Source: Azolla caroliniana (Eukaryota > Plantae > Polypodiophyta). Taken from it: a stretch of DNA of 64,000 nt. The number at the start of each line of letters is the position of its first letter. Position 1 is the stretch's first letter. The notes beneath the pieces were generated by a model. That model searched no databases and was not told where the DNA came from. It worked only from the letters and a program-made list of their open reading frames with translations. The position numbers and the translations under genes are program-made. The stretch is from assembly GCA_043228905.1 (NCBI GenBank), contig JBHGNT010000008.1:9672001-9736000 (forward strand). The letters are read 5' to 3'. Shown here piece after piece: positions 49,082 to 59,722 of this stretch.

Positions 49082-50762
49082 CCTTAATAATCTCACAAGG
49101 TTGGAAGGATACATTCTCTAGGGATGCATTGCCCATTGGTAAAGGAAATGTTAAGGGATCCACATGTCGTATGCCAACGTCTTGACCACATTGGCCAGTG
49201 ATGGCACGTTGCATTATGGCCACAAGGGTTTCAATGTCGGCTTCATCCTCGTCCACATCCGTCTGTAGCTCCTTCATGTATCGTGCTGCATCCCCAATAA
49301 TCGACACTTTGTCCATCTAAAATCAAACCAAGATGTTAGATTGTATCGACAATAATATGGTTTTCTGAGCAAATGATGGGATTGGTAATAGATCAAATAA
49401 AAAAGATCAAACAAAATGTGAGATTGTATCAACATGGTTTTAAGAAAACAAATTGGATCGATAACATACAAACTGATCGCGGTAGCAAAGATGTCAATCA
49501 AATTGAAGAGAGAAGAATCCCAAATGATGGTACTAAGTAGAGTGAGGGAATGTAATTAATTTACTAAGCTTGCGACTTACTTAAAAAGAAGAAGAAGAAG
49601 AATTTACCTTGGTGATGTTGGGGACAAGGGCTCTCAATGAATAGAGCTTCTCATTGAATATTTGCCGGCGTTTCCTCTCTGCAACCAAGTTCTTCTTCTT
49701 CTTCTTCTTCTTCTTTGGTTTCACACCATTCTCATTTTTCATAGCCATTATTGTTTGGGTCGTCTTTGTCTTTGTCTTCTTCTTTTTGTGGTCGTCCATG
49801 TGAATGGTAGGCACCACTCCATCGCTACTCGAATTAGGGTTAAGGAAATCCTGATGTCTAGTTGATCCAACAACATATGGATGACTGCTGTTAACCATCC
49901 CATTCATGTCCTGCAATCCCATCTGATTCATTATTATGTCATCCGATATGTAATCACCGAAGCAGCTATCAAACATACATGCATCTGATGATTCGAACCT
50001 TCCGTAATGAGTCCGCACTTTATCATCATCATCATCATCATCATCATCATTGCCGTCCTTATCGTGGTCATGTTCACCATCATCTTCATGTGGATCCTGA
50101 CCATAACTACTGTCCAGCGGCAGCGAGTTCTGCGTATGAATCCCCATGCTAAGATGATCATCCATAATATCCCATGATGGGATTGCTAGATCATGAATTA
50201 TGCTACCTATCACCATAGTGGGTCCTGAAGAATTCTTGTGACTAGTACTGTTATAGATCTGGCCGGATAGATGGACCTCATGGACATTGACGGCTGGATT
50301 AGTAGTCATCCGCTGAATCATAAACTCATTAGGAGGTACATCATGGTCATTATCATTCCAAGTACTAATATTACTAGCAATTATATCCCAATCCTCAAAG
50401 CCCAAGAGATGGCCATTGTAAGTGGTAGATTCATGATGATCGATGTCATGGTGGTGGTGAGTATTGGTATAAGGAGGAGGAGGAGCACGAAACGCGGCCG
50501 AATTCTGTGGGGTGTCATGGCATGGGACAACGGGTAAGTCGTAGTGCGGGATCGATTGTTCAAGATCGGATGGGCAGGCGGGCGAGAGTAGTGGTTCGGT
50601 GGGGACGATGCCATTGGCACCAAGCATCGTGTACTCGGAGGAGAGCGATTTCATGGTATCAAGGTCATTGCCATCACCGATGCCGGGTCCACCCAAAAAG
50701 GGAGCATCACGGCAGGCAGCTCCCGCAATGGTGCCGTAGGACGTATCAATGCCGGTGGACAT
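31547..50762 (-). CDS. bHLH transcription factor with C-terminal ACT-like domain (FIT/bHLH IIIa-like), 4 exons, 549 aa
   Basis: Exons 49608-50762, 49083-49316, 32482-32652 and 31547-31636 join in frame through GT-AG phase-0 introns: KNLVAERKRRQIFNEKLYSLRALVPNITK|MDKVSIIGDAARYMKELQ...EIIK|VHVSQMDKQLYHIHIHCKKSDNVLVQLCRAME...LTIE|VKNKFVTTIEDVRQMILHTTSIFGLNLET*. First ATG taken at 50762; the ORF-track start at 50783 is a GTG. Confidence 0.88.
32482..32652 (-). CDS. bHLH exon 3 (ACT-like domain)
   Basis: tgtAG acceptor 32654-32653, GTaagc donor 32481-32480, 171 nt; HIHIHCKK..VLVQLCRAMEAIEIHILSANIT. Confidence 0.88.
34901..38427 (+). mobile_element. LINE (RTEX-like), truncated within ORF1, with (ATCT)n tail, inserted in the (CT)n tract of the Copia 5' LTR
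   Basis: Absent from the sister 3' LTR, where the CT tract is contiguous (43537-43555); short 3' UTR and (ATCT)n tail at 38400-38427. Confidence 0.93.
34964..38344 (+). CDS. Uninterrupted LINE ORF2: apurinic-type endonuclease, reverse transcriptase, C-terminal CCHC region
   Basis: EN motifs FWNCNG, LVETW, GDMNART, SVIDY, ESDH; RT motifs QAGFR, FVDFKKAFD, GVKQGCPLSP, LLYADD, KYLG; C-terminal RLSSHALRCETGRW..CTLC..ESEYH..C. Confidence 0.96.
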   Translation, partial: GHVIYETNPRLLRLCFWNCNGYPWNAGFGIEEFTNDSDITLLVETWEHDTQRIQGLGNYNVHSLIWKKNPRQRRGQGGVACLIKKEIEKYVSIIKNDENKCYIWLKIETPNDLPTFVVGCYIPHQDSNFYACLDKDQPFANLEDDIAYFKSKGEVIVFGDMNARTRSFQLDSQESFMPHISRMQEDMQMYNRSSSDEKDPDQFGKLLLQMCNSTGLLIANGISLWPNTNGFTCRKYNGNSVIDYVLLSEGILDRIHKFSLGEWTPESDHRPLCIDLKCMHRFDCEKAIEDNKQPHLSMNLKRAPMYSKMVEDMLQMTKIQHGATLECKWEAFKKVILSCTNKCFSTNRTSWKCTKKLRKKWFDKECREARKCLMVLDVVKDKENYQKHLHEYKRLIQRKRRIWEVTQQFIQTQEKAHACAKFWGNLKGKRVESYGDLTLHDLSMHCKNLYELSLAGKMMCYGSLSHMPSFFTIEDICIGLKKLASRKASDLQCIKAEMLKWTGKEAHIWISDMFNDALQHGMPYDWTTNWIKPLHKGGDINNVNNYRTIMVGSLMAKLFGCIMESKISVWAEKSGKRAYGQAGFRKHHSTIDHLITLRVLMEESRLRGKGLYCCFVDFKKAFDMVPREHLWRRMEELEVPSEYMLAISRIYEKVICCVRMKDKLSDFFKSTIGVKQGCPLSPTLFGLCIDELEEMVTKFAKEECVEEVAIGNVVIMLLLYADDVVLFANTLGDAQKLMKALEKFCMHTKLSVNSSKTKIMLVKSQKRDKPCIMYNNEPLECVESFKYLGLEVPSNHRWNECATRRLEAGKRAYYAFENTCNLGDIKCWVLKKYLFDTLVTPVLLYGVEVWGGSIPKSMWKEFENVQKHFLTKFLQVKKQTPYTLLLLETGSLPIEIMAMERVVEYMLKVQKSPSHRLPRIAWEASKNIQKTHKSKFLCSGWMQDIEKWFGRWDVRHLLHDASLDSSVNEAFLQRQCIMTWDKCGGSRFTHYTTHVAPNYKTIFFAERGNRTHPYMLEPIPLSAIRTIASMRLSSHALRCETGRWGTSDESGRLCTLCPKQVRESEYHTLIQCSAFDHIRPCFPHLFDRAQSLHEFLSQPQCALSIATFIGKVLEHRESLLTFTRIT
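43865..45417 (-). mobile_element. Second insertion cluster in the chromovirus: Copia gag fragment plus LTR pieces
   Basis: Gag WEQATSRVLYCLASCVHDQML (44026-44330); LTR from 44337 (TGTCACGGACACACC, same family as 59297); LTR end ...TACTCAACA at 45417, after which the chromovirus RT resumes. Confidence 0.75.
48915..49025 (-). mobile_element. Very short LINE 3'-end remnant next to the (GA)n tract at the intron 2 donor
   Basis: TTTGGCCCATGAGACAATTG.TTACAA...CCAATCATC matches 27158-27212. Confidence 0.75.
49083..49316 (-). CDS. bHLH exon 2 (helix 2 and linker)
   Basis: tttAG acceptor 49318-49317; MDKVSIIGDAARYMKELQ; GTaat donor 49082-49081; 234 nt. Confidence 0.93.
49608..50762 (-). CDS. bHLH exon 1 (long acidic, low-complexity N terminus; basic region; helix 1)
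   Basis: 385 open codons ending NLVAERKRRQIFNEKLYSLRALVPNITK; GTaaat donor 49607-49606, the conserved bHLH loop intron position. Confidence 0.92.
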
Positions 50763-50850
50763 CACACTCGGAGAGCCCGACACTTTCTAAAATGTGGAAA
50801 GATGGAATGGAATAGGCAAATAATAATGATAACAACGCCATTGTGTGATT

Positions 50851-50860
50851 GTTTATATAA
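50851..50860 (-). promoter_or_regulatory. Candidate TATA box of the bHLH gene
   Basis: TTATATAAAC on the minus strand about 90 bp upstream of the ATG; an ABRE-like ACGTGGC lies at 51002-51008. Confidence 0.45.
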
Positions 50861-52299
50861 GAGTGTATGTAGTATGTGTGTGGTGATCAACTAACTTAAA
50901 GAAAGGGACGTATATTTATTTACTAGTGTATAGGTGTGGGAATGGATGGATGTTAAATCCTTGCAATTTGCAAAGAAAAGAGCATTTCATTACAAAGACA
51001 GACGTGGCCAACTTTGCCTCATTTCACAACAATCCTTTACATATTTTTCCTTCACATTTTGCGGTTGTACTTGCGTAATGTGCGGTCATGAATCATTTTC
51101 TCCACCATTAACTCCTTGTCCTCATCCCCTTCTCTTTCCTTCCTTTACTATACATAAAATCTATAAGTACATATCAACACACACTTTGTCACAAGAAGAC
51201 ATGTTATGCCATGCTAAACACACACACACACTTCATGACCATACATGAAAACCCACCCAAAAGGTTGGAGGATCATTAGAAGTCATAATGATGAGAGCTT
51301 GTTTTGTTATATGTATTGCTTTTGCTTTGAGGTGATTAGATGTGCTTTCTTCTACACATGTGACCAAAACACTCTCTAAGAGAGATATGACTCGTATAGT
51401 TAAACAATATAAGTTGATTAAACTTTATGTTCGGAAAATGAATAGAAATGGTATGGCCATCCATTCATAGAAATGCATTGCTTGCACCCCATAAAAAAGT
51501 TTCTGTTTGTTTAGACCAATGACATCAGGAGATGTCAAGTTGCCCTAAATTCTGTCATCTCTAAATCTCTTTAAAGTGTCAAATTGTCTATAGAAACATA
51601 ATTGAAATGCTTTAGTATTTGAAAGTAAAGGTATCGAAAACATGAGTATACATACTACAAAAATGTAGGGTTTATTACCAAAACTTCTTTCCTTTTCTCA
51701 CACATTGCCCTAAGCAATAATCACAACCATCATCTATCTTCTTCACTTGAAATGATATGAAAAGTAGACCTCCCGAGATAGAGTATAGACTCTAGAGTCT
51801 TTGAAACCATTAAATCATGCTATCCTAAATAACACTATCATTAACTAGATTGCCATTGCCAACCAACATGGTGTTAGGGCTTCCAGTTCAAATGCCACTT
51901 ACACTGTTATGGTAATAAAGCCAAGTTGGTGAAAACTATTGTAGAGGGGTCACTATCAATGTTGGAGGAAAATGTTAAAGTGTGTCATTTGCTTCAAACA
52001 ATACTTATGGACATAAAATTGGTTACGTGTTTGCCATCTAATTAATGCATGCACAGGGACCTTTTGCCTTGCCATTATTATGAAGATTAAGATGGAAGAA
52101 GTTACTTTCGATGTAAAGGCATCCTTTTCTCACCAGTATATAACAATATTCACATTTGTTGAATAGTAACACCATGTAAAACACATAACTCGAAACTTTT
52201 GAGGGCCACCATGAAAAAGCATAATCAAGTAGAAGTTAGGATTGACAACGAAGAATGTTGGGGAACTTAGAAATTAAAAGTTTCCTAATGTTGGAGTGG

Positions 52300-53220
52300 C
52301 CCCACGAGAGCCACTCCCATCGAAAATGTTGTACTATAAGGAACACTTCTTGCACTTCTCTCAGTTAGGTTTTATTACACGACCAACATATCTAATACAT
52401 TCTTATCAAATGCACTAAGGGTGGCCATTGGACAACTTAGGAAATCATCTCACCAACTTGAGATTAAGAATGATCGTGCTAATAGAGTCCCTAGAGAGGA
52501 AAGGCTATGTAGGTTATGTCACATAGAGATAGAGGATGGACATCATTTTACATGTAAGTGTCCAACTTATGCCGAAATAAGGGTGAAATACCAAGATATA
52601 CTAGGACCCTCTCCCACCCTCTCCAAGCTATTAGAAACCCCGGATATAAAGAGACTAGGTAGGTATATCTTAGAGCTTAAACAACATATGGAGAATAAAT
52701 TACAAAGTGTTAACAATAAACCTTTTAATATCCACCAACATGAAACTAATGTAATTTTTCAGGAACAAGGGGAGACAATAAATGTGGACACACCTACACC
52801 ACTCGGCCTCTCTCTTGATGAAGCTGAAATGAAAAGAACAACAAAATGCCCTCAGATGTTGGGCTTCAAAGCAACTCGACACGGAGTAGAAATGATTAAG
52901 AAGATAAGGGAACGTGAGTTACGTCGCCTAGAAGCTATGGTTGGGGTACCTCTTACATTAGGACCACAAGCCACATCCACATCGAAACCTTTTGACCGCC
53001 CGCTTCTTTTCGAGAGACTTGGATGGAAATGAAACTAGGCCTAGTATAAAGCCATTTCCTTATAGAACATGTTTTCTTAATAGCAACATTTAGCTTAAGC
53101 TCTATTTTATTTTATTTTGTTTTTATTTTTTCTTTCGATGAATGGGTAAATACCCCATTTTTATTGTAAACCTTTTGTCTCATGGGCCAATTTTGGCCTT
53201 AGAAGACGTTAATATATATT

Positions 53221-53251
<31 letters not shown>

Positions 53252-53252
53252 A
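52300..53252 (+). mobile_element. 5'-truncated LINE (RTEX-like, family 2) with (CT)n tail
   Basis: QLRKSSHQLEI..RLCRLCH.EIEDGHHFTCKC (52421-53032); GGCCAATTTTGGCC at 53185-53198; tail 53220-53251. Confidence 0.9.
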
Positions 53253-53719
53253 GTCAAAACCCACAATTATATTAAAAAATGTGTGTGAAAAACACTATTT
53301 ACAATGGGTGTTACCCACTAACTACATGCGTACCGAAATTTGTTGAATTGCCATTAGGCAAGACGAACACTCCATTGAAGAAAGAAGTTCCACTTGCTCT
53401 AGTAATGAAAATTTCCTATTTTTGTCGATATGCTTTCACTCCATGCCTACCACCAGATACAAAAGCATTGTGCATATCCCAATTATGACGCAATCCCTAG
53501 TCCCTCAGAAATAGGAGAACAATCCCCATCTCTGATTTTGGGTCAACCAGTGTAAATTGTGCAAAAACGCACTGTCTACACGTCAAATAACATTGTGATC
53601 AAACTTGCCAAATTTGAGAAAGGTAACTCCAAATTTGTTAAGCAATCGCGCATTTTATAAAACGTGAGTACTATCTTCCATTTGAACAATACAAAAGAAC
53701 CAAAGCGTGACAAGCATTC

Positions 53720-56700
53720 CTAGAGGTTGAGCATTTTTGCTCAACTCTTGGAGTGGGAACAAAGATTGATGGGGGTAGATAAAGTTCTAATGTTCGTAGG
53801 ATCGATCGATCGGAAAGAAAGGATGGACATCAGGATCAAACTTGAAGATGATAACGGTGCAAATGGACTCACTGAGGATTGGGCCGAAGTCCAAAGAGTA
53901 TGCCAAAGACATGATAAGAGGAAAACGAGAATCTCGTTAGCAACAACATGATCCATGAGGAACTATCGATTGAGGACGAATGATGTGTCTGAGATGAAGG
54001 TCGACGCACGATACGGCAGTACCACGGGAGAGGGTATAGAACTAGATAACCTCTCGTCTTGCGAAAGAACGAAAACCAATGATAAGGGAGATAACTTGAG
54101 AGTGGCGAATGTTACTTCAAAGGTGGAAGAAGGTTTCGGGACACGAGTGTTTGAAACATTGAGTGAAAAAGGGGTAATAAAGAGTGCGAGGTAGACGTGA
54201 TTGAGGAGGTAGCCACAAAAGATGACATCGAGTCAGAGGTGGCGATGAACGAGTCAAAGACCGGATGGCTGTGTCGAGACTTTCCCACCTCTAATTCCAA
54301 AGACTTTGGCGGTTGCGTTCGAAAGGCAACGAGAGACCAAAGAGATGGAAGGTGGCGGAGAGAAAATGAAGGTCGAAGCCGATGCATACGACGGACAGAT
54401 AGCCCAGAAGGTGGCTTTGGGCGAAACGACAGAGGATGGTAATATCGAGGATTTCTGCCCACTAATTCTAGAGACTTCAGCGGTTGCATTTGACAGGCAA
54501 TGTGAGACCGGAGAGACAGAAGGTGGCAGTGGGAAAGTGGAAGACCAAGCCAATGCAAGAGATAAGTACGAGGTGATTGTGATTGATCAAAGACCTAGGG
54601 ATTCCTCCAATCCTATTTCACAGACTTCGACAGTTGTGCACGAGATCCAACATGAAACCGAAGAGATGGAATGTTGCGGTGAGGTAGAGTTCGATGAAGA
54701 GATAGAGACCGGTAAGAAAGGAAGAACTGGAAGTCGATTGGGATGGAAGATGATTAGGCTAGTATTCCGATCCAAAAGGATGCCAACCCAGACCGAAACC
54801 GATCGGTTGAACGTGACCCGAAAGGTGCCCGACTCGGTCGAAACCGATTTCCGAGTTCGATTTAGATGAATGCAAATCCGGATGGAAGCCGACCTAGCCG
54901 AAAGCCGATTAGATGAGACCGATTCGGAAAGAAGCTAATCCGACTCAACCAGAGGTCGAAACGATCGAGGCTGATGAACATGAGTAAGAGGCCAAGTAGG
55001 CGCACTACCATGGACGACAAGGGCCAAGCGGATTTGAAGGTTGTTACTGAGGATGAGATCTTGACAGAGAAGGAGAGCTCTAACATGAAGATTGTCAACT
55101 CTAAAGCAAGATTGTACAACGAAGGTGGACAAAGTGAGAAGCATGAGAATATGCACTTGAAGGGTCTACATGGGATAGTCAATGTTGGTATTTAGACAAA
55201 TCCTTGGGGAGGAAGGAACGAAACAAGAACAAATGATGGGTCGAATTGCATTGACCAAGGAGACAATCGGAACGAAGGTGGCACATGCACGAGACATGAA
55301 GGGTTAAGCTAAAAAAGAGCACAAGGAGCCATGAGAACCGGTCATGTCAATGCAAAGAGTGAACGAAGAATATGGTGGATCGAATGACGACAATGGTTCG
55401 AGTGGAAGGAATGGACGTGCTCAAAATGAAGAGACAAAGTCAACATAGTGGGACAAACAGAGGATATTATGGATAGAGAATAACGAGCTCCGACAATTTC
55501 GGCACATACCGGAGGATGTGCAGGTTTGGAGGGGGCGAGTGTCGTAGTGTATTTCGTACACTACGTGAAAAACGTATAGATTACTAGATTCAATGAATAT
55601 CATTAAAATATACATTACATGCATAGGGAAAAATTCAAACCTTGTCCCTCCATGTTAATAAGTTGAAGCCTTACCTTTATACTAACACATCATGAGTATT
55701 AGAAAAATAGATATTCCACATAGAAATGCTATTTCATGCATATTTTCTAGGAAAAAGTTAGTTAAAACAAAACACATGATAGAAAAAAGCTACACATGCA
55801 CATTTAGCGTGCTATAGTTAATAAAAAAAATGCATGAGGTTAGAATAAACATGAAGTTTAGAAAAAGCATGAAGTTTAGAAAACAAGAAGAGATATTGAT
55901 AGTCGGACACCTATGTGGACCCTATGGCTGGAGACCATCACTAGTTAAGATCGATGTGATTCAAGCTATGAAAGAAATATGCGAGTCACAATCCGAAGTC
56001 CGTAGGTTTCTTGGTGCATGTGCATTTTATCACATATGGATTCCACACTATGCACACACTATGGACCAACTTTATCACTTGTTGCGGAATGGTAAGAAGT
56101 TCAAATGGAGACCGGAACATACCAAAGCCGTGAGGAAGCTCAAGAAAACACTACAGAGGGCAGAAGCACTTAAGAAGCTGAACTATGACCGACTGATCAT
56201 AATAACGGTTGATACAAGTCCAAACGGGATCGGATGGGTCATCAACCACGTCGACTTAGATGGTTCACAATACCCGATTTGATTTGGAGCAAAGGTTCTC
56301 AACAAAAGGCAACATGCATATGCACAAGTTAAAAGAGAACTATGGGGAGTCGTGTATGCAATAAAATCAGATCGAGATTACTTGATCGGAGCCGAAATAG
56401 TGATCGTAACAGATTGTCTTCCGATACTTGGGATGATGCGATGTTGCATGGTACCAAATGAGGCTATCCTAAGATGCATTGCATATGTAAAGTCACTTAA
56501 TCCGGAGGTTTGACACATCTCGGTAAAAGACAACGCGGTAGCAGATATGTTATCAAGGGCCCGGTTCGAAGATGACATAGTCGAATCAGATAATGAAAAA
56601 GATTCCGAAGATTACTTTACTTCGGAGCACATATGCCAGGTAAATCTAATTCGGGAGTTCTGGGAAGACGAATACGAGGGCGAAAGCTTGTTGATCGGGA

Positions 56701-57754
56701 AAGTGCTACAAGAAATCGGGGAATCATCGGACAATAAAGAAAAGAGAGTCCAGATCTGAAGGAAGAAACGGTAAGTCCGGAAGTTCTTCTTGAACAATGG
56801 ATTAATCTGGAGGGAGCCGAAAAGACCGGATGGCATACCACTCTGGGTAGTCGGCACAAAGGAGCAACAGAAACAGGTAATATCCAAATTTAATGAATCT
56901 GATTGGGCTGGACATCGGGGAACATGGGCGACATTTGCAAAGATCAAGCAAAAATATTGGTGGAAGAATATGTACAAGGATGTAGCGGAGTTCACGGAAA
57001 ACTATAAGAAATGTCAAATCTATTCCGGAGTACAACACCAAGAAGAATTACATCTGACATTCTCACCGACAATCAATTTTAAATGGATGGTCGACATCGT
57101 GGCCATGCCAACCGGGATCGGACAAAAGAAGTACTTGGTGTTAGCTCGGGAAGATATGACGAACTAAGTAGAAGGTCGGGTGTTATGGAGGAAAACATGT
57201 TCTCTCTTGGAAGAAGTGTTCTACATGTACGGGTGCGTAGGACAAGTGATTGCGGATTGGGGAGAACTTGACTCTGATAAAGCTAGGGAATTCTTCGCCA
57301 AACATGCAGTATGGTTGACACTAACCACGTCATACAATCCAGAAGCTAATGGGAAGATCGAATGAGGACATAGTCCAATTGTAAAAGCACTTACGAAAGC
57401 ATGCAACGGAAGGGTAAAGAATTGGCCTCAGCTGCTTCTGTATGCACTATGGGCGGATCGCACAATGCATAGTTTTGTGATTGGTTATGTGCCAGAGGAA
57501 CTTATGTCTGGACAAGCTCCGGTAATGCCTACGGAAACCGCAATTGCGACATGGATAGACAGTGCTATGATGGAAGGAAGAGATGAGTCGGGAAGAACTA
57601 CTACCAGTCCAGATATGACAACTAGAAGGAATACCAAAATACATAAAGGAAGTGGTACACAAATAACAAGAAGTGCGTTTTCGGAACAAACGTCGATTTG
57701 ACAAAAACCACCGACTTCGACCATGGAAGATTGAAGAAGGGGATTGGGTGATAG
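53720..57754 (+). mobile_element. Decayed Ty3/Gypsy of a different lineage (gag-like region, RT end, RH, INT)
   Basis: EVRRFLGACAFYHIWI; ITVDTSPNGIGW; WAGHRGTWATF; KWMVDIVAMP; TSYNPEANGKIE; interrupted by AT-rich DNA at ~55550-55870. Confidence 0.85.
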
Positions 57755-57845
57755 TGTTAGAGTTATTATCTAACATAAGCATATGATAAGGATAAAATAT
57801 ATAAGAAATATGAAAGGTGAGAGAGAAAGAAGGGTGTTGATCCAC

Positions 57846-58224
57846 CCGAACACCCACGAGCGAAGGGATCGAGACGGACTCGAGCCTCGATCGGCGTCCC
57901 ATACCACTATCGTGGCGTCAGTCATACCTGGTGCTGGCGCACTCACTACAAGAGTTAACCCACCACAAGAACAGAGTCTCGACCTAGTCAAGAGATGATG
58001 ATATGAGGGTAGCTAGGCCTCATATTTATAGCGAACATCCGAACACCCACGAGCGAAGGGATCGAGACGGACTCGAGCCTCGAGTGGCATCCCATACCAC
58101 TATCATGGCGTCAGTCGTACCTGGTGCTGGCGCACTCACTACAAGAGTTAACCCACCACAAGAACAGAGTCTCGACGTAGTCAAGAGATGATGATATGAG
58201 GGTAGCTAGGCCTCATATTTATAG
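57846..58224. repeat. Near-perfect tandem duplication, 2 x 193 bp, within the LTR
   Basis: Units start CCGAACACCCACGAGCGAAGGG at 57846 and 58039. Confidence 0.95.
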
Positions 58225-59296
58225 TGAGACCCAAGGCCCCCAGGCAAGTTCACACTTGTCGTAATGGGTTGTCTCAATCCCGAGGATTAAAAGTAATCCT
58301 CCCCTTCTTTACACTCTCGTTTAACCCTCACACTTATCCATGTGTATAGAATACTATGGTAAATTCTCACCACGGGATATTATATGGTCATGCCCATAAC
58401 ATACTTCGCCTCTTTAAAACATTGCACTCTTGCAATGGAAAGTTAGGGAAGTTAGTTCTAAGAGTATTTTCGCACTCCCATGTGACATCTTTGATAGATT
58501 TATCCATCCATTTAATTTTATATTCTTGGATTATTCTCAAATTCTTTCTAGTACATGTGGTTTAGAAGATAATTCTTCAAAAGTAACCAGAGTTTCAGTT
58601 GTAACTATATTGTCGCCAGAACCTAGAAGTTCTTTTAGACGACTTACTTAAAAAACTTGATGAATTTCAACACCATTGGGAAGAGTCAGACGATAGGCTG
58701 ATGATCCAATGCCTTGGAGGACTTGAAAAGGTCCACCAAACCATGGGGCTAACTTAGCGCACTTACCCGAAGACAATGTCCTAGAATTGTGAGGTACACG
58801 TAAAAATACCTTCTGGCTAGGGTTGAATACACGAGGTTGCCTATTATGATTAGCGTAAATACACGCTCTATCTTGAGCTGTTTTTATATTATCTCGTGCA
58901 ATATGCAACATATCTTGCAAATCCCGAAGAATGTTTGCGTACTTCGCAACTCATCACGATGTATATTAACATCAATCGGGGCTTGTGGCTGAAAACCATA
59001 CATCAACATAAAAGGACTATATCCCGTAGATGTATGCTTGGAGCTGTAAGCAAACTCCAAAATTAGAGATAACATTGTCGTGATGTTTCTAACACATAAT
59101 GTGAAACCACCCTCGAAAAGAAGTAAAATAGTAGTTCAAATAAACTAGTATTGTGAAGTCAACTTTATTGGTAGCAATAAATACTTTTTCATTTGCCAAA
59201 GATAACTCCTCATAAATAAAAGGTCAAAGGATAGAACCTTACTATAAATAATGATGAATATTAAGTTAGAGGCGGTTTTCAAAAGTAGACAAAAGT

Positions 59297-59722
59297 TGTC
59301 ACGGACACACCATGTGCGAACTAAGACGGAGCATGGATGATGAGGCTACGACAGAGTGATGACGGAATGACACAAGAGCATAAAGATAGAGATGAAGATT
59401 AAGGAGAGAAGATGGGCGAAACGAGAATACTAGATTGATATGTCCATGACTGGCGTTGTTCACCTTGAATTCCTTCAAAGTGAACTCAACTATTTATACT
59501 AAGTGGCATGCATACTTGTTGCACGCATGTGATACAATAGAGCATGTAGGCAGTAGGTACGCATGCATGTGCCAAGTGTTAATAATACAAGGGAGAAATT
59601 ATGCACATGATGCTAGCTAAAACCTACAATGAGGAAGTATATACATGATTATATGCTAGATGTGTGGTTAACACATAACACTCGATTATAACATGGTCAT
59701 GTCAAGAGTTCGAATCTTGACA
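59297..59722. mobile_element. Nested solo LTR with AAAGT TSD
   Basis: TGTCA...TGACA ends; AAAGT at 59292-59296 and 59723-59727; homologous to the LTR at 44337. Confidence 0.9.

Noticed and set aside
50763-50790. ORF-track start at 50783
   Set aside because: It is a GTG; the first ATG is at 50762. A nearby ttttAG could be an acceptor for an upstream exon, but none could be identified.
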